Part shown: positions 27,118-36,220 of the stretch, piece by piece
Position numbering within the stretch: position 1 is the first letter of the stretch
Layout of the letters: each line of letters starts with the position of its first letter
From: an uncultured Spirochaetales bacterium
Lineage (GTDB): Bacteria; Spirochaetota; GWE2-31-10; JAFGQB01
Reading direction: 5' to 3'
Length of the DNA: 54,529 nucleotides
Assembly (NCBI GenBank): GCA_964531405.1
Contig: CAZHHK010000002.1
Location: 1-54,529 of the forward strand
Translations under genes and position numbers: made by a program
The notes under the pieces: model-generated
The model's database searches: none
What the model was told of the DNA's origin: nothing
Seen by the model: only the letters and a program-made list of their open reading frames with translations

Positions 27118-27155
27118 ATACATTGAAAAATCAGGCGTCTGATTTTTCAATGTAT
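27118..27155. terminator. Bidirectional hairpin terminator between convergent genes
   Basis: atacattgaaaaatcag (27118-27134) pairs with ctgatttttcaatgtat (27139-27155) as a perfect 17-bp stem with a 4-nt loop (gcgt). Both flanks are A/T-rich. Confidence 0.65.
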
Positions 27156-27183
27156 TCTTAATTTAAAAACGCTATTATCTATG

Positions 27184-27858
27184 CTAGTTTTCACTGTTTA
27201 AATATTGAATTGCTTTATATGCCTCTTCCCTGATGAATTTATCACTGTACCCCATCTGAACCTCGGATAGTATTAAAAGCGCATCTGCATAAGAAGATGC
27301 ATTCCCTTTTGCTATTGCTTTAACCGCACTTATTACCGCAAAAACAAAATTACGATCAGGTTTATATGAAGTCCTGTATGCATAAACTATAGCTCGTAAA
27401 GCTTCGCCCTTATCATTATCACCAAGCTGTGCTAAAGCATTGCAGGCTTCTGCTTTAACAGAAGAATTAGTTTCGTGTGCGAGAATATTTATTACAGCAT
27501 TTCTTGCCTCATCTCCCTTTAACTTGCCTAAAAGTACACATGCCTTTCTTCTAACCTCAGGAAAATTATTCACCAGCCTGTTTTCTTCGTATTCCTGTCG
27601 TACAGTCCCTTCTTCAGACAAAAACACAGCCAAATCCAATAATTTTTTATCCTTATATGAATACTTCTCTTTATCAAATTCATTTAAAATATTGTCTATA
27701 ACCTGTATTTTGTCTGTCATTGATCCAACTTTTGCCTGATAAGAATAGTTTAATAATCTTTGCTCTCTTTTTTGCAATAAACGTTCTTCAGCCGTTTGTG
27801 CATTTAAAAAATTTAATGTAAAGATACAGATAATTGAAAGTAAGATTATTTTTTTCAT
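27184..27858 (-). CDS. Secreted HEAT-repeat (PBS-lyase-like) protein
   Basis: The ORF track starts at 27915. M20 (27858) follows AAGGA and gives a signal peptide (MKKIILLSIICIFTLNFLNA). HEAT-like repeats are present (VRRKACVLLGKLKGDEARNAVINIL, SVKAEACNALAQLGD, IREEAYKAIQYL). Confidence 0.6.
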   Translation of the reverse strand: MKKIILLSIICIFTLNFLNAQTAEERLLQKREQRLLNYSYQAKVGSMTDKIQVIDNILNEFDKEKYSYKDKKLLDLAVFLSEEGTVRQEYEENRLVNNFPEVRRKACVLLGKLKGDEARNAVINILAHETNSSVKAEACNALAQLGDNDKGEALRAIVYAYRTSYKPDRNFVFAVISAVKAIAKGNASSYADALLILSEVQMGYSDKFIREEAYKAIQYLNSEN

Positions 27859-27896
27859 TTTAATATCCTTTTTACTAAATTTATTTTTAATTTGGA

Positions 27897-28421
27897 TTAT
27901 CTGTCGACTTTCCAAGATCCATCCTCATATACAAAATCATATACCAATTCATCTTTTTTGTCAAATAAACAAAAAACTTTTATATGATTTTTATTAATAT
28001 ACTTATAGCTTACAAATACAAGAGATTTCCCCTCTCTCGACAGCATTACAACATACTTAAAATAATCTTTAGCATCCTTTAGATTAAAATTTCTATTGAA
28101 TAAAAAATCAGATTTTTCGGTCAATGCTCGTAAATTCTCTGGATCATTTATATAATCTTTGTATTTTTGACTGATAGAATTATACCAGCTTTCATAATCT
28201 CCCTTAATAATCCTATCTTCTATATAATTAAATAAAGCCCTTATATGCTTATTAAGTTCATCTTCTTTTGTATTATCTGTTATTGTAAATTTGGTAGGAT
28301 CTATAGATGTGCTACTACTGTTACTTGAATTATTTCCACCCGGTGTTTTATTAGTTTTACATGAAAAAAATAAAAATAACAAAAAAAATATAAAAAAAAG
28401 AATTTTTTGCTTATAAAACAT
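27897..28421 (-). CDS. Putative lipoprotein, function unknown
   Basis: 174 aa. A signal peptide ends in the FFSC lipobox, followed by a low-complexity linker (GGNNSSNSSSTS). Confidence 0.5.
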   Translation of the reverse strand: MFYKQKILFFIFFLLFLFFSCKTNKTPGGNNSSNSSSTSIDPTKFTITDNTKEDELNKHIRALFNYIEDRIIKGDYESWYNSISQKYKDYINDPENLRALTEKSDFLFNRNFNLKDAKDYFKYVVMLSREGKSLVFVSYKYINKNHIKVFCLFDKKDELVYDFVYEDGSWKVDR

Positions 28422-28690
28422 TTAAAACTCCTTTTTTATGTTATAGTATTTTATTAAAAATATCAATTTTTTTTTTTAAAAAAATGTATTTTTTGACTAT
28501 TTAAACATTTTTTTAAAATTAATCTTAAAATTTTTAGCTATATCGATTTTTGACAATTAATAAAGTACTATTCTAATAAATTCGGTTAAGATTTTAATAA
28601 AATTTAAAGGTTACAGCTAAAAATATTTCAGTAGCTAAATAATAAAACGTCAAGCACAAAAGGAATAAATTAAAATTCAACTCCTTTTTA

Positions 28691-29383
28691 TTAAAGAAAT
28701 TCAAGTTTTTCAAAAAAAATTTCATAAATTTTATGAGCTTTTGATATTCCCTTTTTTTCGAATTTAGTACTCGGCCTCCAGTGGATATCTGATGCAAAAC
28801 CATTGAACTTATTCTTTAAATTTTTTATTCTGGACATATTATCTATTATTTCATTCGCATAATCTTCCCAATCGGTAGCTACATAAATATAGCCCCCTGT
28901 TTTTAACTTACTGGCCAGAGCCTCAAGAAATTTCTCTTTTAAGAGCCGGCGCTTATTGTGCCTTTTTTTAGGCCATGGATCAGGAAAAAAAATATGCACC
29001 CCATCTATTGATGACTCGGGTATCATCGAATCAATAACTTTAATAGCATCATATTCAATGATTTTTACATTATCAAGGTTATTTTTTATTAATTCGCTTA
29101 TCAGTTTGCCTACGCCAGCCTTATAGACTTCTATTGCTATATAATTATTATTTATATTATTTTTAGCAATTTCAACAGTAGCTTCACCCATCCCAGATCC
29201 AATTTCTATTATGATCTTATCACCATTTTTTCTAAATAAGCTCCTAAAATCTAAATATTTTTCCTGATAAGGTATACAAAAATCTAAATATGAATTTTCA
29301 TAATTTTTTTTTTGAAACGAAGTCATCCTCGAACGAATCACATAACTTTTAATTTCTCTTTTACTCATAAAATTCATTCCCAT
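28691..29383 (-). CDS. trmB: tRNA (guanine-N7)-methyltransferase
   Basis: 230 aa. Contains IEIGSGMGEA (SAM motif I) and IFFPDPWPKKRHNKRRL, the TrmB hallmark. Confidence 0.85.
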   Translation of the reverse strand: MGMNFMSKREIKSYVIRSRMTSFQKKNYENSYLDFCIPYQEKYLDFRSLFRKNGDKIIIEIGSGMGEATVEIAKNNINNNYIAIEVYKAGVGKLISELIKNNLDNVKIIEYDAIKVIDSMIPESSIDGVHIFFPDPWPKKRHNKRRLLKEKFLEALASKLKTGGYIYVATDWEDYANEIIDNMSRIKNLKNKFNGFASDIHWRPSTKFEKKGISKAHKIYEIFFEKLEFL

Positions 29384-29393
29384 TCATTTGTAC

Positions 29394-29597
29394 TCAATCG
29401 GAATTTCTTTTTTTATTTATTTTAATGAATAATTCTATTGACCTGTCATATAACTTTTCCATCTTATCATCGAAATAACAGGCAGGCAGCTCTCCTCTCA
29501 TTCTATGATAATGAAGACATTTGCAACACAATCCATGATTATCGCAAGGATATGAGCAATTGCAGTATTTTAAATTATCAGATACTCTACAGTTCAT
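29394..29597 (-). CDS. Small cysteine-rich protein (resembles the family annotated DUF6485)
   Basis: 67 aa with 8 Cys in the first ~50 residues (C3, CNC, C, CCKC, C). The pattern CNCSYPCDNHGLCCKCLHYHRMRGELPACYF matches, from memory, a conserved Cys-rich mini-protein family. It is 18 nt downstream of the giant gene and 10 nt upstream of trmB. Confidence 0.55.
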   Translation of the reverse strand: MNCRVSDNLKYCNCSYPCDNHGLCCKCLHYHRMRGELPACYFDDKMEKLYDRSIELFIKINKKRNSD

Positions 29598-29615
29598 TTT
29601 AATTTACACCTCGTT

Positions 29616-32600
29616 TTATTTTAATTTATTATATCTTGAATCATATAACTTTTTTATTTTATTTCTGTCAAATGAAAGTTTTTGAAATAAATCTTTATCA
29701 TCATTTATAATAGTTGCTATTTGTTTAATCTCATGGCATAAATTCAACAAATTTTTCCTGTTTAAATCTGAATTGCCAAAATAATTTTTACTTATCGCCA
29801 TTAGATCCTCAAGAGTTTCACTGGATTTAATAAGCCTTTCAAGTTTTTTATTTATTTCCTTTTCGGCAATACTCAATACTTCTCTCTGATTTTTATTGAT
29901 AAAAGCCCTGCTATTTTTCATTATGCTATCTACTTTAGCATCGTTTTTCTTTTTGTCAGGCGGTTTAAGCCGAGGCATTTCTTTTTTCTTTATATTTTCA
30001 GATACTCTTTGTTGAATTTTATTTTCTTTAGGCTTTTCATGTTTTTCTTTAACGGATTCCTTATCAGATACAAGACTATTCAAAACTCCACCGGTTTTAT
30101 TCAAACTGTATTTATCAAGATTGTAATTGAGTTTTCTAAATTCCGTTTCATCCTTGACCCCCAGGAATTCAAATATCTCTTTTTTAGTTTTAAATTTTTT
30201 TATAAACTCATTGAGTTTCGCATAAAATATCGATCTATCGTTTTGTGGAATCAAATTGGAATTAACTAAAAAATTTATAAAACCTCTGCCTATAAAAGTA
30301 CTTCCATCATAAGTGAATATTTTGCCTTCATCATAAAGCCTTTTTATAATGCTTTTTCTTTTTTCAACAGAATATTCTGTTTCATCCATTTTATTTGCTC
30401 TTATTATATCCAGCATGAATAAATGCGGTTTTACAAATCTGTTTGAAGTGATTAAAGCTTGTTCTATTGGAGATAATTCAGGCTGCTCCGGTTTTTCTTC
30501 TGTATGCTGTTCATTGAATTTTATATCATTTGATGAATCAGCAGGAATAGAATTCTTATATTCACCAATATTTACATGTCCCTCATTTTTTGTGTTTTTA
30601 TTTTTTGTTTCTACTTCTATTTCATTAAATTGCTCTTGTTTAATTTCGGGATTATTGTTTTCATAAACAATTTCTTTGTCATTAAATGTTTCTTCAATTA
30701 CTGCTTCATTATGAGCAGGCTTTTCATTAGTTATATTTGCTTTCTCATTTTTAATCTTTTTTAAATTATCTTTTGCTTGATTATATTTTACCATTTTGAC
30801 TATAATATTTTTTAAAACGATTTTATATTTATCCTCAAGATTCAATTTATTTACAAGGTCATAAAACTCAGAGTCTTTTGCTTTTGATTCTGCCGAGATT
30901 TTTGTCAGATAGTCATCCAGCATATTTAATTTGCTTTTTAAAAATTCATTGTTTATTCTGGTTAAAAAATTATTTTTTAATTCTGTAAGAACATTACTGA
31001 TATTGATTGTATTTAAATAAACAATGATGCTTCCTATCCCCTTTGCTTTACCTAAATCCTCGGTTTTTTTTGTTTTTAGTTCTTCATCATAAATTTTAGA
31101 TTCTTTATCCCAGATTTCTTTAATTTTATTGGTTATGTTTCTTATGTTTAAAATATTTTCCGGACTTAATGTTTTTTCTAAAAATTTTATATTTTCTTCA
31201 GGGTCTTTGCCGTTCATCGCAAGATTAAAAACAGAATTATTTATAGATTCTAAAAGATTGTGTACATCAAGATTCAAGGTATCTTCCCTAAAAACTGGAA
31301 GGATTTCTTCTGATATTATTCTTGGGACGGCTTCGGGATAACATGTAGCAAGATATGCTAACAACTCGCTAATTTTATCTTCTTTCTTTTTATTTTTGTT
31401 TTCATATATTGAATGCGCCTTCTCTTTAATCTTTTTAATATTTTCTTTATTCTTTTCTTTTGCTTTTTCTTCTAGTTTTTGTATGATTTTTTTTCTCTTT
31501 TTTATATCTTCAATAATTGTCTGTTCGGCGATTATTTCCTGCAAGGACTTATGAATCATGGCTGGCTTTGATTTATTAAGGTTTTTAATTTCTTCGGCAG
31601 TAAATCCTTTTTCACTATCATCACTAAAATTTAAAACTTTTGGACCGTCTGTGCTTTTTTTAATTTCATCATAGTCGTTATTTAGATTAAAATTATCTAA
31701 CCGTTCAATATTATTTTTGATTTTTTCAGGTATGATTTCAAAAGTAGGTTCGTTTTTTGATAAATCTGAAGTCTCGGTAATTTCTTCTTTTACAAAATGA
31801 GACTCATTTTTATTTTCTGTTGTCTTGTTGTCATTTAAATCATTATCATAAATTAATTCATCGGTATAACTATCGCTTTTATCAGTAGATTTTTTTCTTA
31901 AATCCTCAATATATTTATTTATAATGTTATTTGTTATTTCAAATTTTTCTTTATATTTAATGACATTTTCATCATCAGATGATTTGAATCTTTCAAGATA
32001 TTTTATTTTTATATCATCTGATTTATCCTGATATAGTATCGCAAGAGAATTATAAGCGATCATTTCATCAGTAATATTTAATTTGTCTTTTAAAAATATA
32101 TTATTATCATCAGATTTTGCAATCTTTAACAGATAAAGAAAATTTTTTTTGTCCTGCATTTTAATAGTATATCTGCCGGATAACGACTTTAGCCTTTCTG
32201 CCGGATTATTTGTATCTGTGGCAAATAGATAAAACAGTAATTTTCTTTTTGACTGAAGTAATTTATCACCATCTTTATCGTTATCAATCTGGTATTTAAT
32301 GAAGCTCTGTCTGTTATTGGGTAATTCCATTACTTTTTCAGCCAGCTCTACTATATCTTTTATAATTTCGATTTTTTTATGTAATATTTTGTTTATCTTT
32401 TCTTCTGCTTTGTTATCCAGATAGTCTTTACATTTTTCATATTTTGACCAATTTTGTCTCGTCTTAATCCAACTTAATTGTTCATCATCTGTTTTATTGC
32501 TCAATTGTGAATCAATGAATTCTTCATTTATATCTTCCTCGGTTATTCCAAGCTCTTCTTTTAAATTGTGGAGAAGATTGTTAATCACATGTTTAATCTG

Positions 32601-35549
32601 TTTGAACTCAGGGTCGTTGAGTTTTTCTTTTAAATATCTTTGTTTGTCTTTTGATTTATCAAGACCATCCAAAAGTTTGTGGATCAAACCTCCTTCATGG
32701 CTCTGTATAGTCTTAAATCTTTCAATTTCTTTATTTAAAAATTCAACTATATGATTTTTGTCTTTATATTCATTTTGGATCCAGTCTTCAATCATTGTCG
32801 TTTTTGCTTCAATTGTATAAAGCGGCTCGACTTCTTTTTTTATCCTTCTTACTACATCAACAATTTCAGAAAGTTTTGTTTTTGTGTTATCATCATTAAT
32901 CGATTTTACAGCTATTATAAAACCTTTTTCTTTCCTGTCATAATCGTAATCACTCTCATTAAATATGTTTTCTAAAGAATTTAATTTTTCTTCATCACTT
33001 TCGTTTTCTTTCATTATTTTATTTATGAATGCATCCGGTTTTCCGTCTGCTATAAGTTCATCTATTTTTTTTAGTTTATCGATATTCTGGTTTATGCCTT
33101 CAATCAGATAGTTTGCATTTCCTGCAAGCTCGACTGACTCATCTGTATTTTCCATTTTAAATAGAGATATATCTTCATAAACATCTTCAATGATTAACTC
33201 AAGATCATCGGTAGATACATCCCTATTATTGACATTGTGCGATATATCGCTGAGTTTGTATTCGACAGCTTCTTTTTTATATTCATCTTTTTGAGGCTGT
33301 TTGACGCCCAGAAGCTCCGCAACATTTATTAATGAAAGTTCGCCATCTTCGAATTTCTGTATTGAATCAATAATTTCATCGTTTACCTTTGGAAGTTTTT
33401 CCCTGTAATTTGCTACATTACGATTTATTATTGAAACATAATTATTTATCTTTTGTGACAAAGCCGGCTCATATATAAATAAATCTTCTATATCGCTTTT
33501 TATACTTGCAAATAACGCTATTTGATTGTCTACAGGGAGTTTTTTTACTTTATCATATATTTCATTAAAATGATCTCTTATCAGTATTCTTTCCATATTT
33601 TTTACAACACCAAATATTCCCCTGTATCTTGGATCTTTGGATAGCCTTTGGAGCTCAAGGATTTTCTCGGCACTGTTTCTACATTTTCCCAATTTTTCCT
33701 GCATAAATTTAAGTTTTTTTGTACTTTGAGAATGAACGCTTCTTAAATGACTTTTCATATTGATTACTTTTTTTGTAAGGATTGAGTTTTTACCGATTTT
33801 TAAAGACAAACGGTTTGCCAGATCATCCAGATATTCCTCGCTGGCGATCATTCCTAAATTTTTTTCAATGTATTTCACTTTTAAAGTAATTAATCCTAAA
33901 GCCCTACCATAGTCCATATTATACAAAATGTCTTCAACTTCATTAAAATACTCTTCAAATCTTGAATCAAAATTAATCGTATTTATGACATCCATTTTAA
34001 TTATTTCAGGAAGACTTTCAATTTTGCTTTTTAAATTTTCGATTTTACCAGTTGTTTCAAATTCATCATTAATTTGATTAAAAAAAATATTTGCCTGCAC
34101 TATATCATTTGAAAGATCCTCCTCGTTTTTATCTGCTTGATTGCCGGCTAGTAAATTGAATAAAAACAAAAATTTATCCAATATATCATACATATGATTT
34201 TTAAAATTTTCGTCCTGAATGGATTTTAAATTTTTATTTTTAAAAATTTCAAGAAATTTAATTTTGTCATCAATCGATTTTATGTTATGGAGATTATTTA
34301 TTATTTCATTTATTATCTCTACTTCCTTTTGAAGGTCATACTTCAAATATAAATAATATATAAAAAAATCATCGAATACAAGAAGTATCCCTTTTCTGCC
34401 AGTTTTCTTTATTTGGGGGATTTCAAAAAAATTTAAATAAGCTTTTTTTAAAATTTCTGTTGAAATATTATCTGTATTAATAAGAGAAGACAGTTTCAAA
34501 TTATTTATGTCAATGTTTTTAAAAGTCTCAGTTATCTGAATAAAAATTTTTTTTATTATTTCCTTTACTATATATTCCTTAACATTCGCAACAATTGTTT
34601 TATATCTACCCTGTTGCAAACCGTGATACCATGCAGAATAATGTGCTAATTTATTTGTGAATTTAAGTTTTTTTTTGATTTCCAACCATTTTTTTGGGAG
34701 CACTACATTCCTATATTCCTGAGATTTACTCAAAAGATAATCAACGTCATTTTTGTAGATTCCATCATCATTATTCTCCTGAATATATTTTACAAAATTT
34801 CTTTTCCCTTCCATTATTTGTATACTGTTAAAAATATCCATCAAGGCAACCGATACTTTTGTTGAAATTTTTTTTTCATTTTCTTCTATATCTTCATATA
34901 TATTACTTATATCTCCATTTAAAATTTTATTTTCCGTTGCATGAATTATATCGTTTACGGATTTATCATTCTCAAGATTCTTAAAGAATTTGCTAATTAT
35001 TGGATGAAGATTATTCAATCCTGCATCAAATTTAAACAAATCTTCAAGATTTTTATAAATTATTTTGTTGTTTTCTATTAAAAAGGAATTCTTTGCTAAA
35101 ATATCTTTTAATGATTCTACATTATAATTACTTTCTTTTATTAATTCGTTTATAATCTCAGCTTGCATTATATCCATATAAAACGTTCTATATTTCTCAA
35201 ATTTATTTGCAGCCAATTTTAATACTTCTTTCCTTAAAAGATCTTCTTTTTTTTCTCTTAAAGGATTTAAAATATTTCTTACTTCATTGTAATTATTTTT
35301 AAATTTTTTAAGATTCATGACTAATTTGTTTTTTTTTCTGATAAAATTTCTTACATATTTATTTGCGACATTTTCTTTATTGTAAAAATAAAGTGAAAAT
35401 TCATATTTTTTTGAATCATTTGGAAGAAATTTCTGGATATTATCTACATTTATAGGTTTAGGCAAATCTCTTACGAATTGTTTTCTTGCAACAGCAGAAT
35501 TTATTGATATAAAATCATTTGCTATTTTTTTTTCTTCAGCCGAGTTCAT
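29616..35549 (-). CDS. Giant (1977 aa) K/E/N/I-rich, predominantly helical cytoplasmic protein of unknown function
   Basis: An uninterrupted 5.9-kb ORF in a stop-rich AT background. It has no signal peptide, TM segment or Walker motif, and contains long coiled-coil-like stretches. A more globular segment near the C-terminus reads ...FVKPHLFMLDIIRANKMDETEYSVEKRKSIIKRLYDEGKIFTYDGSTFIGRGFINFL.... Confidence 0.7.
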   Translation of the reverse strand: MNSAEEKKIANDFISINSAVARKQFVRDLPKPINVDNIQKFLPNDSKKYEFSLYFYNKENVANKYVRNFIRKKNKLVMNLKKFKNNYNEVRNILNPLREKKEDLLRKEVLKLAANKFEKYRTFYMDIMQAEIINELIKESNYNVESLKDILAKNSFLIENNKIIYKNLEDLFKFDAGLNNLHPIISKFFKNLENDKSVNDIIHATENKILNGDISNIYEDIEENEKKISTKVSVALMDIFNSIQIMEGKRNFVKYIQENNDDGIYKNDVDYLLSKSQEYRNVVLPKKWLEIKKKLKFTNKLAHYSAWYHGLQQGRYKTIVANVKEYIVKEIIKKIFIQITETFKNIDINNLKLSSLINTDNISTEILKKAYLNFFEIPQIKKTGRKGILLVFDDFFIYYLYLKYDLQKEVEIINEIINNLHNIKSIDDKIKFLEIFKNKNLKSIQDENFKNHMYDILDKFLFLFNLLAGNQADKNEEDLSNDIVQANIFFNQINDEFETTGKIENLKSKIESLPEIIKMDVINTINFDSRFEEYFNEVEDILYNMDYGRALGLITLKVKYIEKNLGMIASEEYLDDLANRLSLKIGKNSILTKKVINMKSHLRSVHSQSTKKLKFMQEKLGKCRNSAEKILELQRLSKDPRYRGIFGVVKNMERILIRDHFNEIYDKVKKLPVDNQIALFASIKSDIEDLFIYEPALSQKINNYVSIINRNVANYREKLPKVNDEIIDSIQKFEDGELSLINVAELLGVKQPQKDEYKKEAVEYKLSDISHNVNNRDVSTDDLELIIEDVYEDISLFKMENTDESVELAGNANYLIEGINQNIDKLKKIDELIADGKPDAFINKIMKENESDEEKLNSLENIFNESDYDYDRKEKGFIIAVKSINDDNTKTKLSEIVDVVRRIKKEVEPLYTIEAKTTMIEDWIQNEYKDKNHIVEFLNKEIERFKTIQSHEGGLIHKLLDGLDKSKDKQRYLKEKLNDPEFKQIKHVINNLLHNLKEELGITEEDINEEFIDSQLSNKTDDEQLSWIKTRQNWSKYEKCKDYLDNKAEEKINKILHKKIEIIKDIVELAEKVMELPNNRQSFIKYQIDNDKDGDKLLQSKRKLLFYLFATDTNNPAERLKSLSGRYTIKMQDKKNFLYLLKIAKSDDNNIFLKDKLNITDEMIAYNSLAILYQDKSDDIKIKYLERFKSSDDENVIKYKEKFEITNNIINKYIEDLRKKSTDKSDSYTDELIYDNDLNDNKTTENKNESHFVKEEITETSDLSKNEPTFEIIPEKIKNNIERLDNFNLNNDYDEIKKSTDGPKVLNFSDDSEKGFTAEEIKNLNKSKPAMIHKSLQEIIAEQTIIEDIKKRKKIIQKLEEKAKEKNKENIKKIKEKAHSIYENKNKKKEDKISELLAYLATCYPEAVPRIISEEILPVFREDTLNLDVHNLLESINNSVFNLAMNGKDPEENIKFLEKTLSPENILNIRNITNKIKEIWDKESKIYDEELKTKKTEDLGKAKGIGSIIVYLNTINISNVLTELKNNFLTRINNEFLKSKLNMLDDYLTKISAESKAKDSEFYDLVNKLNLEDKYKIVLKNIIVKMVKYNQAKDNLKKIKNEKANITNEKPAHNEAVIEETFNDKEIVYENNNPEIKQEQFNEIEVETKNKNTKNEGHVNIGEYKNSIPADSSNDIKFNEQHTEEKPEQPELSPIEQALITSNRFVKPHLFMLDIIRANKMDETEYSVEKRKSIIKRLYDEGKIFTYDGSTFIGRGFINFLVNSNLIPQNDRSIFYAKLNEFIKKFKTKKEIFEFLGVKDETEFRKLNYNLDKYSLNKTGGVLNSLVSDKESVKEKHEKPKENKIQQRVSENIKKKEMPRLKPPDKKKNDAKVDSIMKNSRAFINKNQREVLSIAEKEINKKLERLIKSSETLEDLMAISKNYFGNSDLNRKNLLNLCHEIKQIATIINDDKDLFQKLSFDRNKIKKLYDSRYNKLK

Positions 35550-35560
35550 AGATAAGATTA

Positions 35561-35589
35561 ATTATATAGCAATATTTTATTAAAGACAA
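35561..35589 (-). promoter_or_regulatory. Candidate sigma-70 promoter of the giant gene (TTGTCT-17-TATAAT)
   Basis: On the minus strand, TTGTCT is the complement of 35584-35589 and TATAAT the complement of 35561-35566, with a 17-nt spacer. The ATG is only 11 nt downstream and there is no SD sequence. Confidence 0.4.
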
Positions 35590-35717
35590 ATTTTAAAATT
35601 TTTTTAAAAAAATCAAAGATATATAAACAGATCTTTTTTACTTTCTCGCTTATTGGGTCTGACCTTTTTATAATTTAAGGATATTAGTTAAATTTAACGC
35701 AGGTAAATGAAATACTT

Positions 35718-36194
35718 TTAAGTATAAATATAATTGTTTATTTTCTTAAGCCATGCATAATATTCGCCTTTAAAGCTTACTTTAATTTCTTCATTATGTA
35801 TTATATCAACCGATAAACTTATTTTCCCATTTGATTTCTTTTTAACTCTTTCCCTAAAATTCACCCATGCATCATTACACAAGACATTACATACCGCTTT
35901 AAAATCCGCTGTTACAGGATTTAAATATGTAATACTACTTGAATATACAGCAACTTCAACATCCAGTCCTTCTTCTTTAAGCTTTTCTGATATATAAGCC
36001 CAGCCGGTCAATACTGCAACAGAATACAGACTCCCCGCAAAAGCAGTGCCTTTATCATTTTTATTAAGATGCAAAGGAGCATTGATAACCAAACCACTGT
36101 CATCAAATTTTAAAATTTCCACCCCCATAGATTTTGTTATCGGGATATTTCTGTTTAACCGTTCTTGAAGTTTATAAATTTTTTCTTTAAGCAT
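35718..36194 (-). CDS. YiiD C-terminal-type (hot-dog fold) putative thioesterase
   Basis: 158 aa. NAPLHLNKNDKGTAFAGSLYSVAVLTGWAYI matches the YiiD_Cterm putative thioesterase signature as I remember it. Confidence 0.55.
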   Translation of the reverse strand: MLKEKIYKLQERLNRNIPITKSMGVEILKFDDSGLVINAPLHLNKNDKGTAFAGSLYSVAVLTGWAYISEKLKEEGLDVEVAVYSSSITYLNPVTADFKAVCNVLCNDAWVNFRERVKKKSNGKISLSVDIIHNEEIKVSFKGEYYAWLKKINNYIYT

Positions 36195-36220
36195 AATTGT
36201 ATTAATCCGGATTTGTTAAT

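Noticed and set aside
28550-28577. Plus-strand TTGACA-16/17-TCTAAT promoter-like element pointing into the 3' end of trmB
   Set aside because: There is no plus-strand gene downstream. Such matches are expected by chance in AT-rich spacers, and an antisense RNA cannot be claimed without data.
30009-32975. Several 60-105-aa plus-strand ORFs inside the giant gene
   Set aside because: They are antisense to the 5.9-kb ORF, rich in Phe, Ile and Leu as expected when AAA/GAA-rich codons are read backwards.
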